20,000 nucleotides of DNA from an uncultured virus (IMG/VR IMGVR_UViG_2565956946_000004) (Duplodnaviria > Heunggongvirae > Uroviricota > Caudoviricetes): IMG/VR virus record IMGVR_UViG_2565956946_000004. One strand, given 5' to 3'. The position numbers and the translations under genes are program-made. The notes below the pieces were generated by a model that had not been told where the DNA came from, searched no databases, and saw only the letters and a program-made list of their open reading frames with translations. Shown in pieces: positions 17,027 through 20,000 of this stretch. The first letter of the stretch is position 1. Each line of letters begins with the position of its first letter.

Positions 17027-17295
17027 TAAAATAAGCCTTATATCCAAGCATAAAACAAGGTTGTCTAGACTTCTTTTAACAGTAAAGTTATCATAAAACT
17101 GAATTTTATTTTTTAGGTAAGTTTATGCATTCTATCCGCATTCGTTAAGACACAACTATTTGCATAGTGACACTATTTTATAATGGTGGGCTTTTGTTGT
17201 GTCTTTAAGAATATATGCGGATATATAAAGTAAAAGTATGCTTAATTTATAAGTATGCTTTTAGTGCATAGTTTCCAGTTATAACTTAATTGACT

Positions 17296-17334
17296 AGCTA
17301 TTTGTCCACCCTGTGGATGAATAGCTTTTTTTTT
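17296..17334 (+). terminator. Terminator/attenuator hairpin in the msr(E) leader
   Basis: agctatttgtccac-cct-gtggatgaatagct (two G-U pairs) followed by a long T run. Confidence 0.65.
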
Positions 17335-17345
17335 GGGAGGACACT

Positions 17346-17372
17346 GTGATGCTAGCTTTTGTTTTCACCTAA
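17346..17372 (+). CDS. Putative msr(E) leader peptide (M)MLAFVFT
   Basis: GGGAGG at 17335-17340, then gtg atg cta gct ttt gtt ttc acc taa. Confidence 0.5.
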   Translation: MMLAFVFT

Positions 17373-17423
17373 ATCCTGTTTGCTGCATAAAAAATTTCAA
17401 GAGCTAAACAGGAGTAAATAAAA

Positions 17424-18899
17424 ATGAGTTTAATTATTAAAGCGAGAAACATACGCTTGGATTATGCTGGGCGTGATGTTTTGGATATTGATGAATTGGA
17501 AATTCACTCTTATGACCGTATTGGTCTTGTGGGTGATAACGGAGCAGGAAAGAGTAGTTTACTCAAAGTACTTAATGGCGAAATTGTTTTAGCCGAAGCG
17601 ACATTACAGCGTTTTGGTGATTTTGCACATATCAGCCAACTGGGCGGAATCGAAATAGAAACGGTCGAAGACCGGGCAATGTTATCTCGCCTTGGTGTTT
17701 CCAATGTACAAAACGACACAATGAGTGGCGGAGAGGAAACTCGTGCAAAAATTGCTGCCGCATTTTCCCAACAAGTACATGGCATTCTAGCGGATGAACC
17801 AACCAGCCACCTTGATCTCAATGGAATAGATCTACTTATTGGTCAACTTAAAGCATTTGATGGAGCATTACTTGTTATCAGTCATGACCGATATTTTCTT
17901 GATATGGTTGTAGACAAGATATGGGAGTTAAAAGACGGTAAAATTACGGAATATTGGGGTGGTTACTCGGATTACTTGCGTCAAAAAGAAGAAGAGCGAC
18001 AACACCAAGCCGTAGAATATGAGCTGATGATGAAGGAACGGGAGCGATTAGAATCTGCTGTGCAAGAAAAACGCCAGCAAGCTAATCGATTAGACAATAA
18101 GAAAAAAGGAGAAAAATCCAAAAACTCTACCGAAAGTGCTGGACGACTTGGGCATGCAAAAATGACTGGCACCAAGCAAAGAAAACTGTATCAGGCAGCT
18201 AAGAGTATGGAAAAGCGTTTGGCTGCATTAGAAGATATTCAAGCACCAGAGCATTTGCGTTCTATTCGTTTTCGTCAAAGTTCAGCCCTAGAACTGCACA
18301 ATAAGTTCCCGATTACGGCAGATGGTCTGAGCTTAAAATTTGGTAGCCGTACTATCTTTGATGACGCTAACTTTATAATACCGCTTGGCGCTAAAGTCGC
18401 TATAACTGGATCGAATGGAACAGGGAAAACGTCCTTGTTAAAAATGATATCAGAACGTGCTGATGGATTAACCATATCTCCAAAAGCTGAAATTGGCTAC
18501 TTTACACAAACAGGATATAAATTTAACACGCATAAATCTGTGCTCTCCTTTATGCAGGAAGAGTGCGAGTACACAGTTGCGGAAATTCGTGCAGTATTGG
18601 CTTCAATGGGGATCGGAGCGAATGATATTCAAAAAAACTTATCCGACTTATCGGGAGGTGAAATCATCAAACTGCTTTTATCCAAAATGCTTTTAGGAAA
18701 ATATAATATTTTGCTTATGGATGAACCAGGAAACTATCTTGACCTAAAAAGTATTGCCGCATTAGAAACAATGATGAAGTCCTATGCAGGAACTATTATC
18801 TTCGTATCTCATGACAAGCAATTGGTCGATAATATTGCTGACATTATCTACGAGATCAAAGACCACAAAATCATCAAGACTTTTGAGAGAGATTGTTAA
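17424..18899 (+). CDS. msr(E): ABC-F ribosomal protection protein Msr(E)
   Basis: 491 aa, [25 protein letters not shown]..., two ABC domains, no TM segments; upstream of mph(E). Confidence 0.96.
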   Translation: MSLIIKARNIRLDYAGRDVLDIDELEIHSYDRIGLVGDNGAGKSSLLKVLNGEIVLAEATLQRFGDFAHISQLGGIEIETVEDRAMLSRLGVSNVQNDTMSGGEETRAKIAAAFSQQVHGILADEPTSHLDLNGIDLLIGQLKAFDGALLVISHDRYFLDMVVDKIWELKDGKITEYWGGYSDYLRQKEEERQHQAVEYELMMKERERLESAVQEKRQQANRLDNKKKGEKSKNSTESAGRLGHAKMTGTKQRKLYQAAKSMEKRLAALEDIQAPEHLRSIRFRQSSALELHNKFPITADGLSLKFGSRTIFDDANFIIPLGAKVAITGSNGTGKTSLLKMISERADGLTISPKAEIGYFTQTGYKFNTHKSVLSFMQEECEYTVAEIRAVLASMGIGANDIQKNLSDLSGGEIIKLLLSKMLLGKYNILLMDEPGNYLDLKSIAALETMMKSYAGTIIFVSHDKQLVDNIADIIYEIKDHKIIKTFERDC

Positions 18900-18954
18900 T
18901 GATAGCCAATCTAATCCGAACATTAATTATTGAACTCTTTAAAGGAAATTAAAA

Positions 18955-19720
18955 ATGACAATTCAAGATATTCAATCACTTGCTGAAGCACACGGCTTGT
19001 TGCTTACGGACAAAATGAATTTCAATGAAATGGGCATTGATTTTAAGGTCGTTTTTGCTCTTGATACAAAGGGGCAACAATGGTTGCTGCGTATTCCTCG
19101 TCGTGATGGCATGAGGGAACAAATCAAGAAAGAAAAACGCATTTTAGAATTGGTAAAAAAACATCTTTCTGTAGAGGTTCCTGATTGGAGAATTTCATCT
19201 ACAGAATTAGTGGCTTATCCCATACTTAAAGATAATCCTGTTTTAAATTTGGATGCTGAAACCTATGAAATAATTTGGAATATGGACAAAGATAGCCCGA
19301 AATACATAACATCTTTGGCAAAAACCTTATTTGAAATCCATAGTATTCCTGAAAAAGAAGTTCGGGAAAATGATTTGAAAATTATGAAACCTTCAGATTT
19401 AAGACCTGAAATAGCAAACAATTTGCAGTTAGTAAAATCTGAAATTGGTATAAGTGAGCAATTGGAAACCCGCTACAGAAAATGGTTGGATAATGATGTT
19501 CTATGGGCAGATTTCACCCAATTTATACATGGCGATTTATATGCTGGGCATGTACTAGCTTCAAAGGATGGAGCTGTTTCAGGCGTTATTGATTGGTCAA
19601 CAGCCCATATAGATGACCCAGCGATTGATTTTGCTGGGCATGTAACTTTGTTTGGAGAAGAAAGCCTCAAAACTCTAATCATCGAGTATGAAAAACTAGG
19701 GGGTAAAGTTTGGAATAAAC
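18955..19720 (+). pseudogene. mph(E): Macrolide 2'-phosphotransferase Mph(E), 3'-truncated by IS26 (chimeric ORF ends at 19827)
   Basis: MTIQDIQSLAEAHGL..., HGDL and IDW motifs; native sequence stops after KVWNK (codon 255) at the IS26 IR. Confidence 0.92.
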
Positions 19721-20000
19721 GGCACTGTTGCAAAGTTAGCGATGAGGCAGCCTTTTGTCTTATTCAAAGGCCTTACATTTCAAAAACTCTGCTTACCAGG
19801 CGCATTTCGCCCAGGGGATCACCATAATAAAATGCTGAGGCCTGGCCTTTGCGTAGTGCACGCATCACCTCAATACCTTTGATGGTGGCGTAAGCCGTCT
19901 TCATGGATTTAAATCCCAGCGTGGCGCCGATTATCCGTTTCAGTTTGCCATGATCGCATTCAATCACGTTGTTCCGGTACTTAATCTGTCGGTGTTCAAC
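19721..20000 (-). mobile_element. IS26: Second IS26, inverted, partial (transposase 3' end at 19773)
   Basis: Reverse complement of the right end of the first copy, starting GGCACTGTTGCAAAGTTAGCG. Confidence 0.97.

Noticed and set aside
17134..17222. Long imperfect inverted repeat upstream of msr(E) as a MITE or IS end
   Set aside because: Arms (aagacacaac/gttgtgtctt, ccgcat/atgcgg) are short and interrupted, with no target duplication.
17027..17230. pdif (XerC/XerD) site flanking msr(E)-mph(E)
   Set aside because: Often present in Acinetobacter modules, but I found no convincing 11-6-11 XerC/XerD match here.
984..19733. Other short overlapping or antisense track ORFs (e.g. 4260..4607, 8123..8389, 17510..17821)
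   Set aside because: They overlap well-supported genes in other frames and have no recognisable motifs.

Overview
Two unrelated parts. (1) Positions 1-16206 are a densely packed, mostly + strand phage-type DNA-metabolism region, most consistent with an Acinetobacter phage-plasmid or large temperate phage (inferred from gene content; no replicon or virion genes are in the window). It encodes an orphan HicA-like protein, a SleB-type cell-wall hydrolase, an SbcD/SbcC (Mre11/Rad50)-like pair, a RuvC-like resolvase, class Ia nrdA/nrdB, a reverse-strand Doc/Fic toxin with a putative antitoxin, ThyX, dUTPase, a P-loop kinase and many small coupled ORFs. (2) From 16207, IS26 interrupts a small phage gene and is followed by msr(E), a 3'-truncated mph(E) and a second, inverted IS26 that runs off the window. 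Most notable: five intergenic copies of the palindrome TCAGTCA-N4-TGACT (putative regulon); a perfect 14-bp inverted repeat covering both possible start codons of the hicA-like gene; and Trp-ended C-terminal tails on three unknown ORFs upstream of nrdA that resemble the tail of NrdB.
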